From contig JBBEBM010000018.1 of NCBI GenBank assembly GCA_040882355.1, forward strand, positions 1 to 36,841: 36,841 bases of DNA. The letters are read 5' to 3'. Source of the DNA: Dehalococcoidia bacterium (lineage in GTDB: Bacteria > Chloroflexota > Dehalococcoidia > DSTF01 > RBG-16-68-14). Below, in pieces: positions 27,492 to 36,533 of the stretch. Position 1 is the stretch's first letter, and each line of letters begins with the position of its first letter. A model generated the notes under the pieces. That model did not search any database. It was not told where the DNA came from and was given only the letters and a program-made list of their open reading frames with translations. The position numbers and the translations under genes were made by a program.

Positions 27492-28631
27492 TTACGCCCG
27501 CATCGCCTCGGGGTCGAGGCCCGCCGAGGCGCACCACTCACGATAAGCGATGGGCGAGATCTCGGACGGCTTGATCTCGCTGCGGCCGCCCCAGAAGACG
27601 TTCGTGTACGAGACTGGCATGCCGATCTCCGCCAGGTGCGTGTCGATGGCGGCCTTGTGCGCGAGGAGCAGCTCTTTGTCGGTGCCGTGCGCAACGCCCA
27701 TGATGTTCACGTTGTTGAACTCGGGCCCGGCCTCGCGCCAGTAACAGTGCGTCAGAATGTGGTGGCGGCCGACCTCGCGGCCTGCCTCGAGCTCACGCCC
27801 GGCGGGCACGGCCCAGTGGAAGAGCGCGTTGTAGCGCGTGACGCGCTCCCCTGTTGGGAGCTGCTTCACATGCTCCAGGAACGTCGAGAAGCGCCCGATC
27901 ACCTTTCGTTCGTCGAGCGAGCGCGCGATCTCGTAGAACCTCTCGAGCGGCACGCCCGCCTCGTCGGCCCGCGCGTGCCAGACGTCCGGCACCAGTTCCT
28001 CCGGCTCGAACTCGCGCTTGAGGGCGGTCAGCACGCGCCAGTCCAGCTCGCTCAGCTCGGCGAGCTCGATCTGCGTCACGTCCGCCAGCTCGTCCGAACG
28101 GCTGCCCGGCTCCATGCCGCGCCTGCGCACGTGGCCGACGCCAAGCACGAAGAAGCACTTCGCGGGCATCAGCCGGTAGCGCTCGGCCTCGGTCTGCGAC
28201 GTGAGGTAGTCGCAGTGCTTCTCGAACGAGTAACCCTGTGGCACCTTGAGCGTCGTCCAGAGCTTGTAATCGGCGCCGGCTGTCGTTGCGGCGTCGGTCG
28301 TGCGGATGACGACGTGGCCGCTGAACGGGTCGCGCTGGAACATGTAGTCGAACGCCGCGTTGAGCTTCTCCTGCGGCACCTGCCAGGCGACGAGCGCGCC
28401 CTGCGCGAGGTTCGTCGAGAGCAGCGTCTGGCGCACGCGACGGATCGTGCCAGCGCGCAGCATCGCCCGGATGCGCTCGATGACGACCGGCAGCTCGACG
28501 CCGGAGCGCCGCGCGATTTCGCTGAGCGAGTCGGGCTGGAAGCCCTGCAGCCGGTCCTCGGAGACCGCGAGGATCGCCGCGTTCACCGGATCGTCGATGC
28601 GGACGGGCAGCGGCTCAGCAGTCGTTACCAT
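27492..28631 (-). CDS. Fused AhbA/AhbB-like siroheme decarboxylase (Lrp/AsnC fold)
   Basis: Two wHTH+AsnC-like halves; ALVAW, THCYWR, GVAHG motifs. Confidence 0.75.
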   Translation of the reverse strand: MVTTAEPLPVRIDDPVNAAILAVSEDRLQGFQPDSLSEIARRSGVELPVVIERIRAMLRAGTIRRVRQTLLSTNLAQGALVAWQVPQEKLNAAFDYMFQRDPFSGHVVIRTTDAATTAGADYKLWTTLKVPQGYSFEKHCDYLTSQTEAERYRLMPAKCFFVLGVGHVRRRGMEPGSRSDELADVTQIELAELSELDWRVLTALKREFEPEELVPDVWHARADEAGVPLERFYEIARSLDERKVIGRFSTFLEHVKQLPTGERVTRYNALFHWAVPAGRELEAGREVGRHHILTHCYWREAGPEFNNVNIMGVAHGTDKELLLAHKAAIDTHLAEIGMPVSYTNVFWGGRSEIKPSEISPIAYREWCASAGLDPEAMRA

Positions 28632-28654
28632 GCATGCCTCTTGGCGCTAACCTC

Positions 28655-28680
28655 GTAGGGACAGAGCTTTAGCTCTGTCC
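28655..28680. repeat. GTAG-type REP palindrome
   Basis: GTAG-GGACAGAGCT-TT-AGCTCTGTCC. Confidence 0.65.
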
Positions 28681-28715
28681 ACGGCCGCGCCCTGTCGACA
28701 ACGTCGCGAACCGTC

Positions 28716-29318
28716 TCAACCATAACGCTCTTCCTTCCACGGGTCGCCGCGAAGGTGGTAGCCGTACATCTCCCAGAAGCCGGGCTTCTCCTCGTTCATG
28801 AAGAGCAGGCCGCGCAGCCACTTCGCGCTCTTCCAGAAGTAGAGGTGCGGCACGACGAGACGCAGCGGTCCGCCGTGCTCCGATGCGATCGGCGCGCCGT
28901 TGTGCGTGTGCGCGAGCAGCACACCCTCCTGCTGCAAGTCGGCGAGCGGGATGTTCGTCGTGTAGCCACCGTAGGAGTGCGCCATCACATGCCTCGCTTC
29001 GGGCTTCGGCCGCACCCGCTTCATCAGCTCGCCGAACGCGACGCCCTGCCATTCGTTGTCCAGCTTGCTCCAGCCGGTCACGCAGTGCACGTCCGACGTG
29101 AGCGTCGCCTGCGGCAGCGCGTTGAACTCGTCCCACGTAAACGAGACGTCCTCCTCCACCAGCCCCGTGACGACGAACTTCCAGTCCTTCAGGTCGACGC
29201 GCGGCGCGCCACCGTACGTGAGCACGGGCCAGCCCTGCGTCAGCTTCTGGTTCGGTGGGATGCGGTCGCCGTACGTTTCGCGGTCGGCCTTTCCGCGTCG
29301 CAGGATGTCGAGGGCCAG
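28716..29318 (-). CDS. Sulfite oxidase-like molybdopterin oxidoreductase; probable CTG start
   Basis: RIPPNQ…WPVL, DVHCVTGWS, HGGPLRLVVPHLYFWKSAKW, GFWE…GDPWKEERY. Confidence 0.88.
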   Translation of the reverse strand: MALDILRRGKADRETYGDRIPPNQKLTQGWPVLTYGGAPRVDLKDWKFVVTGLVEEDVSFTWDEFNALPQATLTSDVHCVTGWSKLDNEWQGVAFGELMKRVRPKPEARHVMAHSYGGYTTNIPLADLQQEGVLLAHTHNGAPIASEHGGPLRLVVPHLYFWKSAKWLRGLLFMNEEKPGFWEMYGYHLRGDPWKEERYG

Positions 29319-29412
29319 GTGACTGCTCCTTCGTTCGTGACAGACTTCTCAATCTATGATACGGGCACTCGTGAGGAGCGGTCAACGGAGGTTTGCATAG
29401 AATTGCGCGGTC

Positions 29413-29557
29413 CATTGTCACCCTGAGCACTTCGCTACCGCTCAGCACAAGCTCCGCGAAGGGTCTCGTTGCCCAGATCGCTTGCGCTTGCCTCTCTGCG
29501 AAGAGGCATGTCTATCGATGGGCGGCGAGATTCTTCGCGTTGCTCAGAATGACAATG
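29413..29557. repeat. Palindromic TGTCA…TGACA miniature element
   Basis: Terminal IRs CATTGTCACCCTGAGC / GCTCAGAATGACAATG, inner IR GCGAAGGGTCTCG / CGAGATTCTTCGC. Confidence 0.75.
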
Positions 29558-29566
29558 ACCCGCCGC

Positions 29567-30304
29567 CTACAGCTCGATCACCTTGCCGTCCTCCGCCTGC
29601 TCCAGCTCGACCTCACCCAGCCGCGAGAGCATGTCGGCGCTCATGTGAGTCACAATCAGCCGGCGGCAGGTCAGCGCATCGCGATGCGCCATCAGCGTTC
29701 GATAGTCGAGGTGGAACTTCATCTGCTTATCGAAGTAGTAGGCCTCGCAGATGAAGATGTCGGCGTCGCGGGCGGCGTCGACGAGCGCGTCCGTCCACTC
29801 GGTGTCGCCGGAGTAGGCGATCGTCCTGCCGTCGCACGACACCCGCAGCGCGTACGCAGGGGCGCCGCTCGCGTGGACGGCGGCGTACGGCGTCACGTCG
29901 ATGTTGCCGATCGCGGTGGGCGCCGCCTCCGCCAGCTCGACGAACTCGAGCGCGAACGTCTGCTGCACGCGCGACGAGCCGGGAAAGAGCGCCTCCATCG
30001 CCTCGCGCACCCGCGTCTCGATGCCGGGCGGCCCGCCGACGACGAGCGGCCGCGCGCGTTTCGAGACGAGCTGCGCGTCGAGGATGAAGAAGGGCAGCCC
30101 ACCGAAGTGGTCGCCGTGGAGGTGACTGATTAGGATCGCGTCAATGTCGTTCGGCTCGACGCCGAAGCGGCGCATCGCAATGAGCGACGACGCGCCGCAG
30201 TCGATCAGGAACCGAGAGGCTTCGGACTGTACGGAGACGCACGCCTGGAAGCGCCCGCCGCTGCCGAACGCATCACCGGAGCCGAGGAACGTGAGGGTGG
30301 TCAT
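29567..30304 (-). CDS. MBL-fold hydrolase (RNase Z/BN-like)
   Basis: FLGSGDAF, SHLHGDHFGG, YSGDT, THMS. Confidence 0.9.
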   Translation of the reverse strand: MTTLTFLGSGDAFGSGGRFQACVSVQSEASRFLIDCGASSLIAMRRFGVEPNDIDAILISHLHGDHFGGLPFFILDAQLVSKRARPLVVGGPPGIETRVREAMEALFPGSSRVQQTFALEFVELAEAAPTAIGNIDVTPYAAVHASGAPAYALRVSCDGRTIAYSGDTEWTDALVDAARDADIFICEAYYFDKQMKFHLDYRTLMAHRDALTCRRLIVTHMSADMLSRLGEVELEQAEDGKVIEL

Positions 30305-30361
30305 GAAGAAGTGTACGTTTGACACTACCAGGGGTTCCCGCCAGATCAGCGAGCGCCCTGC

Positions 30362-30769
30362 CTACGTGCGAGAGAGCGCCCGGCCTCGCTTCGGGCGGTA
30401 GATGTAGGCGTCTTCCACGAATACGCCGTCGATGGTACTCCTGCTGATTCTCATCCCCGCAGTCTCGGGCCCCGTCTTCGCGGCTCGGCTGAGTGAACGA
30501 ACAACGTGGTCGCGTGGGCTTACGACGGATACCTGGTCGAACGCGATCTTCGGTGACGGCATCCCTTCGAGCACCGTCAAGATGCGGTCATACGCTTTCC
30601 GCGGTCCTTCCCTGTCCACGATCGGCGACGCAATGATTAGGCGCCATCTGTCAGGATCTGACAGATAGTACCAATAGGCGGCATCCACCTCGAACCTGGA
30701 CGCATCGAGTGCTTTGACCAGGTCATTCCCATAGATGATATCGTGGTCTACCAGCGTTCTCGTATCCAT
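30362..30769 (-). CDS. Hypothetical protein, partner of HEPN gene (possible degenerate nucleotidyltransferase-fold antitoxin)
   Basis: Overlaps HEPN gene end; AAYWYY…WRLIIASP…GPRKAY. Confidence 0.7.
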   Translation of the reverse strand: MDTRTLVDHDIIYGNDLVKALDASRFEVDAAYWYYLSDPDRWRLIIASPIVDREGPRKAYDRILTVLEGMPSPKIAFDQVSVVSPRDHVVRSLSRAAKTGPETAGMRISRSTIDGVFVEDAYIYRPKRGRALSRT

Positions 30770-31161
30770 TGCATCACTCCGTGTCGTCTGTCGTTCATAG
30801 ACTGATGAATGTCTTCTGCGTCCCGACGTTTCCGGCTGTCGTAGCGGCTGTCTGGTGACCAGTCCTTCACTACATTCCAGTTTACCCTAAACGCGTGATC
30901 GCGTCTGGCTGACTCGTCGAGTGCCTCCCGAAGCCCAGCCACCTTCACTAGCTTCTCAAGATCGTGGGAGTAGCTGTCGTTGACCGTCTTCCGGTCTGGG
31001 AAGTCTTGTTCTTTCGTCTGCTTGGCTATGCATGCTTTGAGGGCGCATTCGATGGCGTATCCTGCAAGGTAGTATGCTCCCGCGTACTGACGGGCGCGAA
31101 GCAGAGCCTGGGCTTCCTTCAGCCTCATGCCCGCGAGACGCTGGAGATCACCTCTGTTCAC
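30748..31161 (-). CDS. HEPN-domain protein
   Basis: RLKEAQALL…AYYLAGYAIECALKA…SHDL…W…RY HEPN pattern. Confidence 0.85.
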   Translation of the reverse strand: MNRGDLQRLAGMRLKEAQALLRARQYAGAYYLAGYAIECALKACIAKQTKEQDFPDRKTVNDSYSHDLEKLVKVAGLREALDESARRDHAFRVNWNVVKDWSPDSRYDSRKRRDAEDIHQSMNDRRHGVMQWIRERW

Positions 31162-31730
31162 GGCTTATCATACCTATCGCACCCGACCTCGTGGTCGTTC
31201 ACCATGCCCGTCGCCTGCATGAAGGCGTAGCAAATGGTCGAGCCGACGAAGCGGAAGCCGCGCTTCTTCAGCTCCTTGCTCATCGCGTCCGACTCCGGCG
31301 TCGTCGCCGGGATCTCTCGCAGGGAGCGGCAGCCATGCTTGATCGGCGCGCCGCCCACGAAACGCCAGACGTACGCGTCGAGCGAGCCGAACTCGCGCTG
31401 CGCGTCGAGGACGCGCTGGGCGTTGCCGATCGTCGACTCGATCTTCGCGCGGTTGCGCACGATGCTCGCGTCGGCGAGCAGCCGTTCGATGTCCCGCGGG
31501 CCGAATCGCGCGACCTTCGCCGGGTCGAAGCCGCGGAACGCCTTGCGATAGCCCTCGCGCTTGTTGAGGATCGTGTTCCAACTCAGCCCCGCCTGCGCGC
31601 CCTCGAGCGTGAGCAGCTCGAAGAGCGCACGTTCGTCGTGATGCGGCACGCCCCACTCCTCATCGTGGTACGCCAGCATCAGCGGCGACGCGCCGTCCGT
31701 CCAGCCGCAGCGCTTCAGCGTGCGAGGCAT
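31158..31730 (-). CDS. tag: DNA-3-methyladenine glycosylase I
   Basis: RCGW, YHDEEWG, LEGAQAGLSW, FVGSTICYAFMQATGMVNDH. Confidence 0.95.
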   Translation of the reverse strand: MPRTLKRCGWTDGASPLMLAYHDEEWGVPHHDERALFELLTLEGAQAGLSWNTILNKREGYRKAFRGFDPAKVARFGPRDIERLLADASIVRNRAKIESTIGNAQRVLDAQREFGSLDAYVWRFVGGAPIKHGCRSLREIPATTPESDAMSKELKKRGFRFVGSTICYAFMQATGMVNDHEVGCDRYDKP

Positions 31731-31757
31731 CGCTTCATGTCAGGTGCAGCTCCCTCT

Positions 31758-31784
31758 TGTCATCCTGAGCGAAGCGAAGGATCT
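31758..31784. repeat. Half copy of the TGTCA…TGACA palindromic element
   Basis: TGTCATCCTGAGCGAAGCGAAGGATCT resembles arms at 29413-29557. Confidence 0.65.
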
Positions 31785-31888
31785 TTCGTTTCCCCTTCGG
31801 CCTCACGTTTCAGATCGAAAGAGGGCGTGACCGGTCGCAGCACATGCCGCTCCTCGCCTGGCAGCGGGCCTAGTCGCTGCGGGCGGTC

Positions 31889-31916
31889 CCAGCGACCAGC
31901 GACCAGCAACCAGCGA
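31889..31916. repeat. Heptamer tandem repeat (CCAGCRA)x4
   Basis: CCAGCGA CCAGCGA CCAGCAA CCAGCGA just after the CoA-transferase stop. Confidence 0.8.
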
Positions 31917-31925
31917 CCCTTCGCC

Positions 31926-33275
31926 CTACTCCAGTCCCAACTGCTCCCGGTAGTCGGGGTCGATAGCGCGCAGGATGCCCGCCTCCAGGAAGCGGTCGTA
32001 TGGCAGCTTGAGGGCGGCGCTCACGATAGCGGGCGGCACGGGCAGGTTGGGCGCGTTCGCGATGACGCCCTGCTCCTCCAGCGCCGCCAGCTCCTCGTCC
32101 GAGAGACCGAGCAGCCCGCCGAGCACCTCGCGGTTGTGCTCGCCCAGCAGCGGCGCCGGCCCCCCGGCCGACGCCTCGAACGACGAGAACTTCGCGGCGA
32201 GGTGGCGCGGGATCGGTCGCTTCCCGACGTGGGGGTGGTCGACGGTGTCGAACTGGCCGCGCCCGCGGAAGTGCGGGTCGAGCAACAGCTCCTTGCCGTC
32301 GAGCACCGGCGCGGCCTTCACCCCCGCGCGCTGCAGCAGATGGAACGCCTCGTAGTGGTCCTGGTCGCTCGCCCAGCCTTCGATCAGCCGGTCGAGCTCG
32401 TCGTGGTGCTGATGGCGCGCGAGCACGTCGGCGAAACGATCGTCTTCGATCCACTCCGCGTGGCCCGTCGCGTTGCAGAACGACGCCCACTCGCCGTCGT
32501 TGCCGATCGAGATCACGAGCCAGTCATCATCGCCCTTGCATCGATAACAACCCTGCGGCGCGGCCCACGGGCTGCGGTTGCCGGCGCGCTCGGGCAGCCG
32601 GCCGTTCATCGCGAAGTCCATCAGCGCGGCGCCTGCGAGCGGCACCGCCGCCTCCTGCTCCGACAGGTCGATGTACTGGCCCTTGCCCGTGCGCGCTCGA
32701 TAGCGCAAGGCCGCCAGGACGGCCCCCGCGCCCAGGAAGCCGGAGTAGGGGTCGGTGAACGACATGCCCGTGCGCAGTGGTGGGCCGCCCGGGTAGCCGG
32801 TGAGCTGCGCGACGCCCGACGCCGGCTCGAGGCCCATGCCATAGGCCGACCAGTCGGAGTAGGGGCCGTCCTGGCCGTAGCCGGAGAGCGAGATCATGAC
32901 GATGTCCGGCTTGATCTGCTTCGCGTGCTCGTAGTCGAGCTCGAAGGCGCGCATCACGCGCGGCGTGAAGCTCTCGGCGAAGACGTCCGACTGCGCGATC
33001 AGCCCGCGCAGCAGCTCGCGTCCGCGCTCCTGGTTCAGGTCGACGACGATCTCCTTCTTGCCGGCGTTGCGGATCGTGAAGTAGAGGGCGCGCTCCCACG
33101 GCAGCTCCTGGCCGTCGTTGTCGGTGTGGATCAGGTTGCGCGTCACATCGAGGCGGCTCGGCGCCTCCATGCGGATTACCTCGGCGCCGAGGTCCGAGAG
33201 GATGCGCGTGCACGTCGGGCCCGCGTACACCTGCGTCAGGTCGAGGATGCGGACGCCTTCGAGCGGTTTGGGCAT
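31926..33275 (-). CDS. CaiB/BaiF family III CoA transferase
   Basis: PLEGVRILDLT…AGP…LSDLGAEVI, SLSGYGQDGPY, APLLGEHN. Confidence 0.93.
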   Translation of the reverse strand: MPKPLEGVRILDLTQVYAGPTCTRILSDLGAEVIRMEAPSRLDVTRNLIHTDNDGQELPWERALYFTIRNAGKKEIVVDLNQERGRELLRGLIAQSDVFAESFTPRVMRAFELDYEHAKQIKPDIVMISLSGYGQDGPYSDWSAYGMGLEPASGVAQLTGYPGGPPLRTGMSFTDPYSGFLGAGAVLAALRYRARTGKGQYIDLSEQEAAVPLAGAALMDFAMNGRLPERAGNRSPWAAPQGCYRCKGDDDWLVISIGNDGEWASFCNATGHAEWIEDDRFADVLARHQHHDELDRLIEGWASDQDHYEAFHLLQRAGVKAAPVLDGKELLLDPHFRGRGQFDTVDHPHVGKRPIPRHLAAKFSSFEASAGGPAPLLGEHNREVLGGLLGLSDEELAALEEQGVIANAPNLPVPPAIVSAALKLPYDRFLEAGILRAIDPDYREQLGLE

Positions 33276-33276
33276 G

Positions 33277-33891
33277 TTAGATCTCCTGCTGATAGGCTCT
33301 GGAGAGGGAGTCCGCGTATTCGTTCCAACGGGCGCCGTCGTGGCCCTTAATCCACTGCAGGTTGGCCCTTGGACACGACTGGGCTAAGGAGTACAGTTCC
33401 TTCACCAGATCGAGGTTCTTGATCTCCTCGCGCTTCTTGCCACGAGTCCAGCCGTTTCGCTCCCAAGCCGACGCCCACTTGGTAATCGTGTTGACACAAA
33501 GCGCACTATCTGTAAAGACCGGGATGCCTTCGTCGGCGCGCAGTAGCCCGTAACCTTCGATCAGCGCGCGTAACTCCATCCGGTTGTTGGTTGTCTGCTG
33601 CTCATGGCCGTGTCGCTCCTCGACTATTTTCCCGTCGACCACCTTCACGACTCCCCAACCTCCGTCGCCCGGATTGGGCTCGCAGTTGCCGTCTGTGAAG
33701 ACACCCGTCTGCGGCCCTGACTCGTACTGCTCCAGCACCTGTGACGGCGTGAGGGCTGGCTGGCTGCTTGGCTGTGTCCCGCGTCGACACTTCAGACACT
33801 GGCGCGGCGTCCAACCTGGGTATTTCGCAAGTGTGGCATCAGGTAGCGTGAACGACTTCCCGCAAGCCCCGCAGACAAATTCCTTCGTCAT
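33277..33891 (-). CDS. Ribonuclease HI with N-terminal CxxC…CxxC zinc ribbon
   Basis: FTDGNCEPNPG, TTNNRMEL, TDS, WIKGH, NEYAD. Confidence 0.9.
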   Translation of the reverse strand: MTKEFVCGACGKSFTLPDATLAKYPGWTPRQCLKCRRGTQPSSQPALTPSQVLEQYESGPQTGVFTDGNCEPNPGDGGWGVVKVVDGKIVEERHGHEQQTTNNRMELRALIEGYGLLRADEGIPVFTDSALCVNTITKWASAWERNGWTRGKKREEIKNLDLVKELYSLAQSCPRANLQWIKGHDGARWNEYADSLSRAYQQEI

Positions 33892-33983
33892 CGTTCATGA
33901 CTCCGACCTTCGTAAGGGAGGCGTCCTACTCTTGGCCGGACGGACCTGGAGCTTGGCCTGTTCCAATCAGCGTCCATCTGTGG

Positions 33984-35210
33984 CTACGTGATCCCTCGCT
34001 CGCGCAGGATCGCCTGCTCGTCTTTCGTGTAGCCGAGGGTGCCCAGTGCCTCCTCGTTGTGCTCGCCCAGCAGCGGCGCCCGGCCGATTTGAGGCGGCGT
34101 CTCGCTCATCCGGAAGGGCGGCCCGCTGTAGGTCAGCTCGCCCGTCTCCGGGTGCGCGATGCGACGGAAGAAGTCGCGCGCCGTGAGGTGCTCGTCCTCG
34201 ACGAGGTCCTTCACCGAAGGCACGAGCGCGAACGGCATGCGCAGCGCCTGCGCCGTCTCGACGATCTCCTTCGCCTCGTGCTCCATCAGCCACGGCAGCA
34301 CCAGCTCGTCGAACTGCCGCCAGTTGATCATCCGCTGCTGGCCGCTCTGGAAGACCGGGTTCTGGTCGAGGTCCGGGTCGCCCAGCAGCAGCGACATCGG
34401 CGAGACGGCGCCCTCGGTCGTAAGGCCGCGTTGCGGAAAGCCGGCCGCGCCCGGCACGAGCACGATGTGGCCGTCCTTGCACGGCATGATGTCCATCGGG
34501 TAGCCGAAGATGTGCCGCGAGTAGTAACGACGCCGGATCGCGCCCTGGAAGGCGTACATCGCGGCGTTGTACTCGTCCGCGCAGGCCGCGGCCTCGGCGA
34601 GCGAGACGTCGACGTGCTGGCCGGCGCCCTCTCGCTCGCGATACGCCAGCGCGGCGAGCGCGCCGATCCAGGCGTGGATGCCCGCGATGTAGTCGGCGGG
34701 GGTGCCGCCGGTCGAAAGCGGCTCGCGGTCCGGGTCGCCGGTGTTGTACATGATCGAGCTCATCGCCATCGCGGTCATGCTGTTGCCGCGGTAGTCCTTG
34801 TACGGCCCGCTGCAGCCGAACGCCGTCAGCGAGACGTAGACGAGCTTCGGGAAGTCGGCCCGCAGGTCGTCGAAGGCGAGGCCGCGCCCGGCCATCGTCG
34901 CCGGCCCGTCGCTCTCCACAAGCACGTCGGCTTCGGCGAGCAGCTTCTTCAGCACGACCTGGCCCGACGTCACGCCGACGTCCAGCGTGACGCTCTTCTT
35001 GCCGGTGTTCAGGTGCAGGTAGTGGCCGCTGCGCTCGTGGTGGGGCAGGTCGTCGGGATACGGGCCGAGGCGGCGCGAGCGGTCGCCCTCCGGCGGCTCG
35101 ACCTTGATCACCTCGGCGCCCAGGTCGGCGAACAGCTTGCCGCAGTACGGCCCGGCGATGCCCTGGGCCAGCTCGACGATGCGCAGGTCGGAGAGGGCGC
35201 CCTCAGTCAT
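33984..35210 (-). CDS. CaiB/BaiF family III CoA transferase
   Basis: ALSDLRIVEL…AGPYCGKLFADLGAEVIKVEPPEGD, APLLGEHN. Confidence 0.93.
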   Translation of the reverse strand: MTEGALSDLRIVELAQGIAGPYCGKLFADLGAEVIKVEPPEGDRSRRLGPYPDDLPHHERSGHYLHLNTGKKSVTLDVGVTSGQVVLKKLLAEADVLVESDGPATMAGRGLAFDDLRADFPKLVYVSLTAFGCSGPYKDYRGNSMTAMAMSSIMYNTGDPDREPLSTGGTPADYIAGIHAWIGALAALAYREREGAGQHVDVSLAEAAACADEYNAAMYAFQGAIRRRYYSRHIFGYPMDIMPCKDGHIVLVPGAAGFPQRGLTTEGAVSPMSLLLGDPDLDQNPVFQSGQQRMINWRQFDELVLPWLMEHEAKEIVETAQALRMPFALVPSVKDLVEDEHLTARDFFRRIAHPETGELTYSGPPFRMSETPPQIGRAPLLGEHNEEALGTLGYTKDEQAILRERGIT

Positions 35211-35305
35211 GCGTTGCTACCTCGCGCGAATGCGTTCCGGCGTAATGATGGGATGATACACGGGGCCGCGGGCCGTGACAACGAGCGCGGAAGACGCCGT
35301 CCGTT

Positions 35306-35330
35306 GTAGGGGCGGGTCTCAGACCCGCCC
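35306..35330. repeat. GTAG-type REP palindrome
   Basis: GTAG-GGGCGGGTCT-C-AGACCCGCCC. Confidence 0.7.
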
Positions 35331-35513
35331 GCCCTCAATGAACCTTCGTTGTGTGAACTACCTCACAGACAGCTTCCGGTGTCCGAAGCTACGCTTAGAG
35401 CGCAGGGCAAAGAGTCACAAGCGTTTCCTCCTACCGAGACTCGCCTGCAGGCCCCGCCCGCGCCGTATCCTCGCCACCAGTCACCCGGCGCGGGCGACTG
35501 CGTTTGTGGCGTG

Positions 35514-36533
35514 CTAACGAGGCAGGAATGACCCGACCGCCTCCCGCTCCGATACCAGGTCCTCGACGCTGGCCTGGATCATCCTGCGGGCGAACTCTCC
35601 ATGCTCGATCCCGCCCACCACTTCCCAGGTGTCACCGTGACTCCGCACCGGCAGGCCGAACTGCAGGCCGGCGGGTATGCCGTACTCGCCGCTCGAGCGG
35701 ACGCCCAGCGAGACCCAGTCGTCTAGCGGCGTCGGCGTGCGGATGGCCCGCACCATGTCGATAACAGCCGAGGCTGCGCTGGCCGCGCTCGATGCGCCTC
35801 GGGCGGCGATCACTTGGGCGCCGCGATTCTGAATGAACGGAACGAACTCCTCTTGAAGCCACCGTTCATCGGCGATGACGTTGGTGGCCGGCTTTCCGCC
35901 TATCTTCGCGTGCCAGGCGTCTGGGAACTGGGTTGCCGAGTGGTTCCCCCACACACAGACGTTCGAGACCTCCGTAACGTGGACGCCGGCGCGCTTTGCG
36001 AGCGCGGTCTTAGCGCGGTTCGCGTCCAGGGTCATCATTGAGAACCAGCGGTCCGGCGAAACATCGGGGGCGTTCTCGCGAGCGATGAGGCAGTTCGTGT
36101 TGGAGGGATTGCCGACGACACAAACGCGCACGTCTGCCGCCGCCCGCCGGCTGATCGCTTTGCCCAACGGCGCGAACGTCGATGCGTTGGCTTGCACGAG
36201 GTCCCGTCGCTCCATGCCCTGACGGCGCGGGACGGCGCCGAGGACGATCGCCCATGAACAACCGTCGAAGGCTTGGTCGAAGTCGCTCGTCAGGGTCATT
36301 CCTTGAAGCAAGGGGAAGGCGCAATCATCGATCTCTATCGCGAGCGCTTCAAGCGCCCAGACCTTGCCCTCCGTGTATCCCTTCTCGCTGCGAGCGACCG
36401 GCTCCAGCTCGTGGAGCCGCAGGCGGACCGGCGTGTCCTTGCCAAACAGCTCACCCGCCGCGATCCGAAAGACAAGGTTGTAGCCGATCTGCCCCGCCGA
36501 GCCAGTGACAGCGACCGTCAGAGGGTTGTTCAG
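35514..36533 (-). CDS. mdh: Malate dehydrogenase; probable CTG start
   Basis: VAVTGSAGQIGY, PRRQGMERRDL, VVGNPSNTN, WGNHS, RGASSAASAA. Confidence 0.9.
   Translation of the reverse strand: MNNPLTVAVTGSAGQIGYNLVFRIAAGELFGKDTPVRLRLHELEPVARSEKGYTEGKVWALEALAIEIDDCAFPLLQGMTLTSDFDQAFDGCSWAIVLGAVPRRQGMERRDLVQANASTFAPLGKAISRRAAADVRVCVVGNPSNTNCLIARENAPDVSPDRWFSMMTLDANRAKTALAKRAGVHVTEVSNVCVWGNHSATQFPDAWHAKIGGKPATNVIADERWLQEEFVPFIQNRGAQVIAARGASSAASAASAVIDMVRAIRTPTPLDDWVSLGVRSSGEYGIPAGLQFGLPVRSHGDTWEVVGGIEHGEFARRMIQASVEDLVSEREAVGSFLPR

Noticed and set aside
27326..27584. Diversity-generating retroelement TR/VR pair
   Set aside because: Differences are synonymous and not adenine-specific; no reverse transcriptase in the window
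25421..35309. Long alternative-frame ORFs (651, 397, 758, 470 aa)
   Set aside because: Overlap well-supported genes; Arg/Ala-rich high-GC artefacts
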